From Octopus sinensis (Eukaryota): a stretch of 64,000 nucleotides of DNA. The stretch spans positions 167,710,001 through 167,774,000 of the forward strand of contig NC_042999.1 of NCBI RefSeq assembly GCF_006345805.1, given 5' to 3'. The notes under the pieces are model-generated. The model did no database searches, was not told where the DNA came from, and saw only the letters and a program-made list of their open reading frames with translations. A program made the position numbers and the translations under genes. Shown here piece after piece: positions 13,851-24,762 of this stretch. Positions within the stretch are counted from its first letter, which is position 1. Each line of letters begins with the position of its first letter.

Positions 13851-13893
13851 TACGTTTGTGTATCAACCCCCCCTCTCTCTCTCTGTCTCTCCC

Positions 13894-13947
<54 letters not shown>

Positions 13948-15108
13948 TATATATATACATATATATGTGTTTGTGTGTGTGTGTGTGTACACTGTGCGCA
14001 TATGTGTAGGCCCTCCGGGATGAAACACAAAACCTCTCGGTGAATGAATAAACTCAGGAGTCAACGTCCTCCAAAATGTTATGTTTGTGCATAGGTTGTG
14101 CAGGTTGTGCATAGTCGGGTCATCGGTGACTAAACCAGTATGCATGACTTTTGGACACCCTAAGGGATGAAAAGCAAAGCCATTCAAAGCGCGAATGAAC
14201 TTGAACGGCCTTCCAAACAATGTGCTTATACATAACCTCTACTCTTCTGATGTCAGCGAGTTGACCGAGATTAGCATTAAGCCTGATTTGTGAGGAGAGA
14301 ATGTGAATTTTGGGAAACCTTTCGTAAATAAAGTTAAACCTGTTCAAGGGCTGATATACTCGTGTGGGTCAACACCTATCTATTAATATATAGAAGCGTA
14401 TATATGTGTATCCTTATAAATGAATGTAAATGCACTTTCTTGTAGTCTCTAGAGATACAGTTTTCCTTGTTGCTTCTTAGAGAACAGGTATAATTGTTTA
14501 TCAAGCAATTTCTTACAATATGTTCTTCCTTTCAAGTCAATTACTATTGTCATGACCTCATTTCGAAATTTTGCAACTTTAATTTAAGGTGACAGGACTG
14601 TTTATTCTGTTTTGAAGCTGACTCTGTTACTCACAGTATCAATCCTGTGTGTAGAAGATCGGTAAAAGATCTGGAGAGTTAGATGCTTTAAAGGTGGCCA
14701 TGGTATATGTATGAGTGCTCAATGTTTCATTGCCTTGCAAATGAAGCTGTTGATTGCACCTTACAAAGTCAGAGATAGTATTTCTTACTCTCTGGGGATT
14801 TCAGGCAAATTCTTTCAGTTAACCCAAAGAGTATACTTGCAGAAGAGTTGCGATTAGGCCTCTAAGAATCTTACGTTAAGAGACAAAAGGTAAAAGTTTA
14901 TCTTTCTATCACCAACTTGAGCTACATTTAATAAAACTGTCTCAGTGACGGAGTTTCGAAGGTTTTATTTCATTTGTAGGCATTAGTTAGATATCAGCTG
15001 ACATTGAGATGTTAAACAAAGTAGAATAAAATTTTGGAATAATCATGAGACATCTTAATATTATTGAAACTTGGAAGCATGGGTAAGCTTGTGGATGTGC
15101 TGTTCTGG

Positions 15109-15431
15109 ATCAACACCACGCCCACCCACAGCAAGAATAATAAAACACAAACAAAATAACAATGAACACAAGAGAAAACCAGTGAACACAAACCCAACAA
15201 GAACCAACACCCACGTCGGCTGGGCTCAGTATGTATAGACAAAGTGGAAGGGAAATAAGTCACATCTTTTAGTATATGGATTCATAAGCTTCTTTTTCAT
15301 TGGTTGAAATGATATTGGTCGAGACAGGGGGGATCCGACTCCCAGCATATTCTGGTGATATATATTTTATTGAATGTTTTAAGATAAAATAAATGATAAT
15401 ATTTTTGTTATAAAATTGAGATGTTTAAATT
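15109..15431 (-). repeat. Right arm of the inverted duplication
   Basis: Reverse complement of 12398-12726. Confidence 0.92.
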
Positions 15432-15533
15432 GAGATGTTCTGGATCCCAAAATTCTACAATGGTAAAGAACTAACTGTCAATATACTTATAGTATAGCAC
15501 ACACACACACTCACAAACACACACACACACACA

Positions 15534-15572
<39 letters not shown>

Positions 15573-15679
15573 TATAGAATTAGAGTTCAAAATCTAACGA
15601 CTCTTCAATATTACATTAAAACTTCAGAGGTATGCATGAAATAGATGTACATGATTTATAAAAAAATACCTGGACATTT

Positions 15680-16918
15680 CTTTTAATCTCGGGTCCCAGA
15701 ACTGTTGGCTTCTTGACGGAAAGAGAAGAATCTTCTAAGAATGGTGTCCGTATAACATTTTATCGGAGTCGGCATGAAGAGTTCCTTTCTTTTTTCACAA
15801 AAGAGGAAGAGCTGGTTTACTGCAGAGATGTCAGTTCTTAATAAACTTGGCATTGAGGAATACAAATAGGAGGAATGGCGTCTTCTCATAGACAGCTCTA
15901 AGTGTAGTTTAAAATGTGTATCGTTGCCCAACGGAAATGTTTATGGCTCTGTCCCACTCGGCCACTCAACAAATACTCGTGCTTTTTTTGCATGTGAGAC
16001 AGTAAAAACCAAGGAAACCACTATGTTAAGAATGCCTGGCCGCCTCGAACAAATATTGTTCCATGTAGAGCTGCCAATATATTGGATGAACCTTTAGTTG
16101 AGCGAGATAAGATCATTTCCCCCCCCCCCGCCCCATTGCACATCAAACTCGAATTGATGAAGCAATTCGTCAAAGCTCTTGACAAAAATGGGGAGTGCCT
16201 CAAGTATATCTGAAGTGTATTTCCAGACTTGACAATTGAAAAACTTAAAGCAGGGATTTCTGATGGGCCATAAGCTCTTGAAGGACACAAATTTCGTGAA
16301 AATGATGAGCGAAAATGAAGTATCAGCTCGGCTAACCTTTGCAGAAGTAGTGCAAAATTTCCTGGGAAACACAAAAGTGAAAGCTATAAAGACCTTGTTA
16401 CCAAGTTGATATCAACTTTTCGTGATATTGGCGCGAATATGAGCATCAAAATGCTTTATCTTTTTAGACATCTTGATTGTTTTCCTGAAAATCTCGGAGA
16501 TGTTAGCGATGATCAAGGTAAACGATTCCATCAGGACATCAAGGAGATGGAAACTCGGTACCAAGGACGTTGGGATGCTGTGATGATGGCAGACCATTGC
16601 TGGGGTTTAAAATGAGATACTCTTGTTGTACAACATTCACGGTGCACAAAGAAATGCAAATTTATTCTTTGAATTTTGTGCATTTTCAATTTTCAAAATT
16701 TATTTGTACCTCGTTTTATTTTGTGTTACGCTCTCTTTATTGATTCATATTATATGCCTTCTGTATGAATAAAAGGCTTACTCTCTCGGGTTTAGTCAGA
16801 AAACTAGACCTGATAGAGAAAAACTGAAGTTATTTTTTAATTTAGCAGGTAAAATCACTTAGGAATACGTTGAAATATTCAAGGCACCAGACAATTTTTT
16901 TTTCTTTGTTGCCCAGTG
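15680..16918 (+). mobile_element. Chapaev-3 (CMC)-like DNA transposon relic: decayed transposase plus right terminus
   Basis: Reconstructed EEWRLLIDSSKCSLKCV..NGN, EPLVERDKII..PLHIKLELMKQFVKALDKNG and CFPENLGDVSDDQGKRFHQDIKEMETRYQGRWD. Terminus GTTGCCCAGTG ends at 16918 and is followed by TAA, consistent with the CACTG termini and TWA TSD I recall for Chapaev-3. Left end not found. Confidence 0.7.
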
Positions 16919-17175
16919 TAATCATTTAGAAATATTTTTAAGTGAATGTGATTTCAAAAATATGAGTTGTTTGTACATTAAGTGTTTATATTTTAGCTCT
17001 TTTTAAACAGACAATATTTTAATGGCTTTTCAAATTATTTTCAAGTGAATACCATTACTAAAATATTTTTTGGCATAAATATTTCGTAAAAGACCAGTTC
17101 GTAACCTCGGCGTGAAATAAGTTTTTTCCATATGTCTTTTCGTGTGCAATCAACGTGTCTCACATCCAAAGATTT

Positions 17176-17278
17176 GGCTGCTATTTCTAGCACGCCCTGC
17201 TACCACGTAACTGCTATTTGCGATAAAGGACCCGAAATACTTATTACATGGTAACAGCGCGTGCAAGAAATAGCAGCC
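17176..17278. other. ~100-nt imperfect hairpin (35-bp arms, 31 of 35 Watson-Crick)
   Basis: GGCTGCTATTTCTAGCACGCCCTGCTACCACGTAA pairs with TTACATGGTAACAGCGCGTGCAAGAAATAGCAGCC. Confidence 0.85.
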
Positions 17279-17369
17279 ACCTCTTTCCTTTTCTTGGGAA
17301 GGGAGCCGCTTACGCGTGATTTCGATGTCACACACGAAACAAAATTCCGTTGCTGGGAAACTCAGACTT

Positions 17370-17402
17370 CCCCGATAACCCAACGGGTCACGGGTAGTCT
17401 AG
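17370..17402 (+). mobile_element. Possible Helitron-like 3' terminus
   Basis: GC-rich CCCGATAACCCAACGGGTCACGGG followed by CTAG (17399-17402) then T. Confidence 0.35.
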
Positions 17403-17412
17403 TGTATGTATG

Positions 17413-17468
<56 letters not shown>

Positions 17469-17559
17469 CGAATTAATCTAAATAATCTTACCTAGTGGTC
17501 AGAATTTCTAAACTCATATTTATTTCGATCTTGAAAGGATGGACTTGGTGCAAACATAA

Positions 17560-18220
17560 CTGTATCTATTATTATTATTATTATTTTATTAATAGTAATA
17601 GTAATTTTATTGACTTTTATAGCTTTATAATTTTATGAACTGAACCATGGTTTTAATTATTATTTTTCATCTCCCTATGTGTTAGTTTTTTAAAACTATT
17701 AGCCAAATATGTATAATAACTGTGCTTATTAATATTAATATATACACTGATATATATTTTTTTATTTTGTTTTGTTTACCTTGCATTATTGTACCAATGA
17801 GTATTATATTATATATGTGTAGCATTATGAAGTTTATGCACAAGTTTTTATATTTTACATTTTTATATTTTATATTTATATGTATATGGAAAAATAATTT
17901 TTCCACAATTATAACAAATTAATTCTCTGAAGAGGCCGTTGGGCATCCTTGTTAATGCCTCATTTACCTGCCTTTATGGCTTATAGGTTAAATGAGGTAT
18001 GACTGCCCTTGCTTCCGAAACAGCTGTCAGATATGATATAATTACATATTATATTTTATATTTTATACTTATATTTCCTTGTCTATTACATTTACTGTAT
18101 ATTTTGTATAATGCCTTTACTGATATGTAATGGTGTAATAAAGTATTGATTGGGTATCATCTGATAGTTGATGTTTTATTGATTTAAGTATGTTTCTCCA
18201 TTTTCTAATTTTGTAGTTAT
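17560..18220 (+). mobile_element. AT-rich Penelope-like/retrozyme-like terminal repeat carrying the hammerhead
   Basis: Inferred from the known association of minimal palindromic hammerheads with Penelope-like elements. No PLE ORF is present; boundaries are approximate. Confidence 0.4.
17924..18031 (+). ncRNA. Type I hammerhead ribozyme motif with a long extended stem II
   Basis: Stem I UCU/AGA; core CUGAAGA (17927-17933); stem II GG/CC plus GGGCA/UGCCC plus a 12-bp AUGCCUCAUUUA/UAAAUGAGGUAU helix; GAAA (18017-18020); palindromic stem III AC-AGCU-GU; GUC cleavage triplet ending at 18028. Confidence 0.75.
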
Positions 18221-18284
18221 ATATATAGAATTATATATATATATTATATATATATATATATATAATATTATATATATATATATA

Positions 18285-18377
18285 GCACCAGGTGGTGCTA
18301 TATATATATATAGCACCAGGTGGTGCTATTAAGTTAGACATGGCCTGGGCCAATAATGGCCGAACCCTATCAAAGTA
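18285..18377 (+). mobile_element. Very short 3' fragment of the CR1-clade LINE
   Basis: CACCAGGTGGTGCTATTAAGTTAGACATGGCCTGGGCCAATAATGGCCGAA.CCTATCAAAG matches the LINE 3' end at 42931-43010 (reverse strand). Confidence 0.85.
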
Positions 18378-18386
18378 TATACATAC

Positions 18387-18419
<33 letters not shown>

Positions 18420-18449
18420 CGTGTGTGTGTGTGTGTACACATATAGTTA

Positions 18450-19280
18450 TTTCAAAGCCCTTGCCAAGGGCTTTGAAATAAAACCAAGAAGTTCCAGACA
18501 CCCAGCTGAATACTTGACAGACACTGACTTTGCTGACGACATCGCTCTTATCAGTGATTCTCTCTCCAATGCCCAGTCTCTTTTACAATCTCTCGAACAA
18601 GCCTCAAATTGTGTAGGTCTTTACCTCAATGAGGCCAAGACGGAATATATAAACAAGTGCCTGTCCAACAGTGATTGCATCATCCACACTCTCAACAATG
18701 TGCCCTTAATATGGTTTCTGATTACAAATATCTTGGGTCATACATATCATCATCTGGAAAAGACTTTCTAACTAGAAAGGGTATGGCCTGGTCAGCCTGT
18801 AATGACAGGCATAGATCTGGTCATCAATCTAAGTAGAGACTTCAAACTTGAAATCTTCAAAGCCACAGTCGAACCAATTCTACTATATGGCTCAGAACCT
18901 GGACGTTATCAAAGAAGCGGTTGAGAGGAACCTACACTCGCCTCCTTATGAGAGCTCAAAATCTCGTGGAGGCGCCATCCAACCAAAATGCAAATATATG
19001 GGAAACTACCACCTGTGTCATCTCTTGTGAAAGGTAAGAGAGTCCAGTTTGCTGGACATCGTTGTAGAGCTGACTGAAAAAGAGTGTAATTTCTACTCTT
19101 CTCCTCTGGAAGCCATCTACTCGCAATACCAGAGGGCGCACACTCTCCTACCCTGATGTAATCTCCAGGGATACAGGCATCCAGCAACAGGACCTCCGTA
19201 ATGCCATGATGGACCGTGAAGTCTGGCGTAGCATGGTAAATTCCATTGTCTCGATCACGGTCGAACAATGATGATAACGA
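18450..19280 (+). pseudogene. RTE-clade LINE 3' fragment (RT C-terminal half)
   Basis: LTDTDFADDIALIS..VGLYLNEAKTE, FKYLGSYI, VEPILLYGSE, VQFAGH and DREVWR motifs across frameshifts, with a short TGA-repeat tail. Confidence 0.85.
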
Positions 19281-19289
19281 CACATATAT

Positions 19290-19510
19290 ATATATGCACG
19301 CATGTATGTCTCTTTTTATGTTTGTGTTTGGCCATCACCACCAATTGACAATAGGAGGCATCAGTTTCTTTAGCTGTGTTCGGCAGACTTATGTAATAAG
19401 CACCAGACTTAAAACAGAAGTAAGTCCCGGGTTCCATTCGTTTCGACTGACCCTTCAAGGTAGTGCTGCTCCAACGTGACCAAAATTCAATGACTGAAAC
19501 AAGTAAAAGG
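19290..19510 (+). mobile_element. SINE-B 3' fragment
   Basis: Similarity to the SINE-B 3' half. Confidence 0.6.
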
Positions 19511-19768
19511 TAGAAGATAAAAAATAAAAATGTTCCCATTTCTAACGGCAGAGAAATGAAAATATATTTAACGTATCCATTTCACAGAAAGGAAACTTAG
19601 GTTGGCGCATGACATAATAGAACACTTCTTCTTCTTCAAGAATGGACTCGATATAAAGAACATACAATCAATTCATATTACGTGGATTTCATCTCGACGG
19701 AGAGGCTATATACTATAATATATATATATATATATATATGTGTGTTGTGTGGTGTGTGTGTGTTGTGT

Positions 19769-19815
<47 letters not shown>

Positions 19816-19925
19816 GTGTGTGTGTGTTGTGTGTGTATATATACATACATACATACATACATACATACATACATACATACATACACACTTTATTGAAAAG
19901 CAGCAAAAATATATCACAAAAACTG

Positions 19926-19969
19926 AAAACTGTTACTTAGTTTCACGTTCCCTTTCGTCGGGCAGTTTT
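19926..19969 (-). ncRNA. Degenerate minimal hammerhead-like motif (family 2)
   Basis: Minus strand reads AAAACUGC-CCGACGA-AAGGGAACGU-GAAA-CUAAGUA-ACAGUUUU, with a 7-bp stem I and a GUA triplet. Confidence 0.5.
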
Positions 19970-20324
19970 ATTTAGAATGGAACAGAAATAAGGTTATAAG
20001 CAAACATATAGAATTAGTTTAATAGATACACATTTGAAAATGGTTTTGTTCCATTGGTCCTTTCAACTAACGGTCTTTAGAATGCAATGAACAAATTTCA
20101 GTATAAAATCAACTCATAAAATCAAAGAAAACTTTAAATCAAAAAAACAAAAAACCTTATAAAAGGACAGAGTCTAAATACATAGGGTAGATAATTATTT
20201 GTAAAATATAAATCAATTAATGTATTAAAAATTATATCCGTTTAGAAATTAAAAATTTATTTTTAAACGGATTTTATTTAATTGATTTATATTTTACAAA
20301 TAATTATTTATTAATTATTTTCAG

Positions 20325-22372
20325 TGGACGCACGGAAGAACTGTGTGAGTTTAGTACATAGCAAAAGTGGATGTAAAAGTCTGGAAAACCTGCTCAGAAA
20401 CTTCCAACTTTCTGACAGGTATCGATTGGATTTCCGTGATGTGCTAGTGTGGTCCTGGCGATTTGCGGCTTGTGGCAATCGCTCATCGCTTCTCGTATTT
20501 CAGTGATGTTATCAGCTTTTCGCAGAACCTCTCGTCCGCTGCCGAGAACCGTGGCAAGCCATTTAGGTATGAAGTAAAGTCTTCTGCCGCTGTTGACCTG
20601 TCCTCTACCAGTCGGGCAATAGGATCGATGGGTGTTTCCTTTTAGCTATTTAAAGTATACTAGCAGTATCGCCCGGCGTTGCTCGGGTTTGTAAGGGAAA
20701 TAACTATATAAGCATTTTTAGAGAGTTACTTCCTTTATAGATGCCAATTCGGGCTTTCTTAGCCATTTCTGTTTTGGTGTCTTCAAGCCATGAAGTCGTT
20801 GTTCTAAAAGAACGCTGGTCTCCTTGACAACGCATTACGACGTTGATTTCCTTACACTCCCTTCCCCACAGCTTCACGAGGGAGGGAAGAAGGGGGAGAA
20901 GCAAACAGGTGCAGGTGTGACTATGGACGCCAACTCCGCCGCCATCGACACACGAAAAATTATGCATTAAAATGGAATAAAAAATGATGTTAAATTATTT
21001 TTTAAATCGTAGACTCATCGTAGACGCGCGCTAATAGCCAGACGGGCTCGATATTAATCACGACTATAAGATACCCGAATTTGGTTAAACTTCACCGCAA
21101 AATGTGGGAAGAGTTAGGAATCTAAATCGTAGGAGACAGACACTCACACAACTACAGTTTTATATATATAAAAGTGCGACGATGTCCTAGGGGAGACTCT
21201 GGGCGTTGACAAAGATAAACTGACTAGTCTGTTCTAGAGGACTTTCCGATCGGGGGACTACTATGGATAATTTCTGGGTGTCTTTGGCTTGACAGTGCTA
21301 CGGGGATGGGGGTGCTACTGGTTCGAGATAAACTCTACAGGTTTGAATGTGCTGTCAGACGGGCTTGTCCGAGGTGGTCACAGAGCGACGAAACCATTCT
21401 GGATACCTTTGTTCAGTGTCTTGTAATTGCTGACTTGGGAAGTTATGTCGAATAGCTGCTGTTGCGTATAGGACGGATCCGTCTGTCAGCTGAGTCCATA
21501 GTGATGATTGCCCCGCCGCTCTCCTTTAATCGGGCAGGCGAGGCAGTTTTACTTTGTATGGTTGCTGTGGCGAAAGAGTTTTTCTGATGGACGAGGCTGA
21601 AAGGAATGAAGAGAGGGACATACCTCTTTGGTAATGCCCTCATCGACTGTTTCAAGTTTCACTCGAAAAGGAAAGTGAGGGTGGAGATGGGGGTACTGTC
21701 CTCAAGTGAATTTATGAAAAGGGGGGTGAAAGTTGCAAAAATGGCAAGAGTGGATGGTACCACTCAGTGTACACCTGAGTTGGAAGAAAGGAGTTGGAAA
21801 AGGTATTTGACCGTGGTATTCAGGGTGACCTTGGATGATAGGGTTCCTCCATCTTACCTTGAGGTCCTCCTGTATCAGGAGACCCCGTTCATCACAATTT
21901 GTTTTTTCTTATTATTACTCTATATTTCTGTATATATTCCTGTTTTTTTCTTCTTTTTTTATATCGTTCGTCTCCCCGTGGCCTTTAGCACAACTTCACA
22001 AGCCACCCTACTCAAATCGTCCTGTCGAAAGACCCTTGTCCTACGTCCTGGTTTTGTTTTGTTGTTTATTTTTATTTACCGTTATTGTTTTTACGTTTTG
22101 TATTCTTATTGGTGTGCACGTATTCTGTATTTTGTTTGTGTACTTCGATCGTTTTCCGTCCTTTCGTTGTATACATTCGAACTTTCTTCCAGGGATCTAA
22201 TGCGCTTGGCTTAGAGTTCCCTTGGCGGGCTGGCCATATCGGAGCAATCTCAAGATTAATCAGCCCGAAATTGCTAAGATGATCGGTCTTGACTGATGAC
22301 TGAGGGTTCGAATGTCCCGTCCTGTGGTTCTTGTGTCGTCTCTGTGGTGGTTTCATGTTTGGTCCATGTCTG
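20325..22372 (+). pseudogene. L1/Tx1-clade LINE 3' part (ORF2 C-terminus plus 3' UTR), split by a Helitron
   Basis: DDVLGETLGVD..MDNF..VRDKLYR..CPR and WTRLKG..FKFHSKRKVRVE..KMARVDG match the paralogue at 36767-37607. The 3' UTR ends at (TA)n. Confidence 0.8.
20660..21170 (-). mobile_element. Non-autonomous Helitron-like element
   Basis: Minus-strand 3' end CCCGAGCAACGCCGGGCGATACTGCTAG|T. A second copy lies at 42290-42895. It interrupts the Tx1 ORF2. Confidence 0.75.
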
Positions 22373-22391
22373 TATTTAATTTTACTGTTTA

Positions 22392-22425
<34 letters not shown>

Positions 22426-22614
22426 AGGATACATATATCTATCTATTATCCTCTCTATATATATATATATACATATATATAATGTATATATATACTATAT
22501 ATATATATATATATATACATATATATACAATTATAACCTTTAAATGTATTTTTTAATATGCTGGCCATTGACAAAATTTTTTCGAAAAATGTTATCCTAA
22601 ATTAGGTACATACA

Positions 22615-22647
<33 letters not shown>

Positions 22648-22744
22648 CTATAATATATATGTATGTATGTATATATACATACATATATACATACATACAT
22701 ATATAATATATATATATATATAATATATATATTATATATATATA

Positions 22745-22824
<80 letters not shown>

Positions 22825-22850
22825 ATGTATATACACGCGCGCGTATACAT

Positions 22851-23085
22851 GGGCGGCGAGCTGGCAGAGAAGCGTTAGCACGCCGGGCGTAATGCCTAGT
22901 GGGATTTCGTCTGTGTTTACGTTCTGAGTTCAAATTCCGCCGAAGTTACGAAAGTTTTAACTTTGCCTTCATCTTTTCGGAGGCGATAAACTAAGTGCAA
23001 TTGCTTACTGGGGGTCGATATAATCGACTGGTCACTCCCCCAAAAAATTTGGGCCTTGTGCCTAGAGTAAAAAAGATTATTATTA
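22851..23085 (+). mobile_element. SINE-A copy
   Basis: GGCGGCGAGCTGGCAGA..GAGTTCAAATTCCGCC head. Confidence 0.8.
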
Positions 23086-23621
23086 TTATTGTGCTCCCCA
23101 TACAGTAAAATCACAGAAATTTGGAGCTGAGTAAGTTGAAAAAGTGTTTGTAGTCTATTCGGCCTTCTAAGGCCATGTTTTTTCATTTTCATTATTACCA
23201 TTGCAATTCTGAGATTGTCTGGACTGCAAAGGTAGTATTTTTACGTAGAAACAGCCCCGGTTTTGCAGGGGTGCGTATCAATAATTTTTGAATTTTAACT
23301 ACTTTCGCCCCCAGGTAGCAATAACGGGAATATTGGCCCCGTTTGTGGTGAGGAATATGGGAAATTTCCGCATAGATGAAGAAGATTTTAAAATGGCAAG
23401 GAAAATTATAAAAAGGAATGGTAGAAGAGTAACTTTAAACCATCCATCCGATGGGGTAGAGAAGATCTCTTGATGCAGGGTAACATACTGCTGCATTGAA
23501 GTCTTGTCTCAGCGGGTGGAAAATGTTCCTGGAACGAAATACAAATATGTCCCGGGAGCGTGTGAGAACAAAAGACTCACATCAGCCGAGAAGAAGTTTG
23601 GAACTATTGAGGTGAGATACT

Positions 23622-23721
23622 NNNNNNNNNNNNNNNNNNNNNNNNNNNNNNNNNNNNNNNNNNNNNNNNNNNNNNNNNNNNNNNNNNNNNNNNNNNNNNN
23701 NNNNNNNNNNNNNNNNNNNNN
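23622..23721. other. Assembly gap (100 N)
   Basis: Direct reading. True size unknown. Confidence 1.
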
Positions 23722-23889
23722 ATAAAATAAACGATGGACATATTCAATAATGTCTGTCGCCCTGTCAGAGAGAAAGATGGACTGACCCTAACTATAATGT
23801 CTTTTGGTCTTATGTCTGCTTGCCCAGTCTCTACTCCCTTTTTGGAAGGACACTTGTGTGATTTGTGTAGATTTTTGACTGCTATTTCT

Positions 23890-24150
23890 AACCTGTTTCA
23901 GTTTACCGTCCACATTTTTATGTAGCAATGTTTGTTTCAAATTTTGGCACAAAGCGAACAACTTCGAAGGAGGAGGTTAAGTCGACAATATCAGACCCAG
24001 TGTTCAGCTGGTACTTATTTTATCGACCCCAAAAGAATGAACGATAAAGTCGACCTCGGCAGAATTCGAACTCAGAACGCAAAGGCAGATGAAATGCCGC
24101 TAAGCATTTTTCCCGGTATACTACCGATTTTGCCAGCTCACCGCCCTAAA
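23890..24150 (-). mobile_element. Decayed SINE-A-like copy
   Basis: Reverse similarity to SINE-A. Confidence 0.6.
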
Positions 24151-24706
24151 TTGACCTCATCGGCGGGATTTGAACTCTCATCATAAAGAGTCAGAAGAAA
24201 TATTGCAAAGCCTTTTGCCAGGCGCCCACTTAGAGAGTAATATTAAGGAAATTCTTGTAGTTGAGACACCGTCGACTATGGAAGGACAAAAAAGACAAAA
24301 TTGAGCCCGGTATGATTTGAATTCACAAGATAAAGGGTCATTTACCAAATGTCGCTGGCGGGATCGTCACAGTTTTTCTGATGCTCAAACGATTCTGTGA
24401 GGGAGACTTTCGTTGATTTTGATCTCTACCCTAATTACTTCTGGGGTTTTTAAAAAAAAAAACAGCTTATCAAACTGATAATGAAATTGTTATCTTTCTG
24501 CGCATCTATAAGTCTTAATGTCAGGGTCAACGAAACATCAGTGAGTGCTCGGTTAAGGTTAAAGCCATCATCCATCTTTACTCGTCATAGGTACCTTTCG
24601 TAGTTCGGGTATATGCATATATGTACGCACACTAACACACTAACACATATCCTTCGTATGCATAAAATTACATACAAATATATTATATATATATGAGTAT
24701 TATTAT

Positions 24707-24762
<56 letters not shown>

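Noticed and set aside
22285-22322. CTGATGA..GAA motif in the Tx1 3' UTR read as a hammerhead
   Set aside because: GAAT instead of GAAA, and no stem I, II or III pairing.
23270-23621. Coding-like fragment before the gap (possible integrase or viral)
   Set aside because: Only a vague resemblance, with in-frame stops and truncation by Ns.
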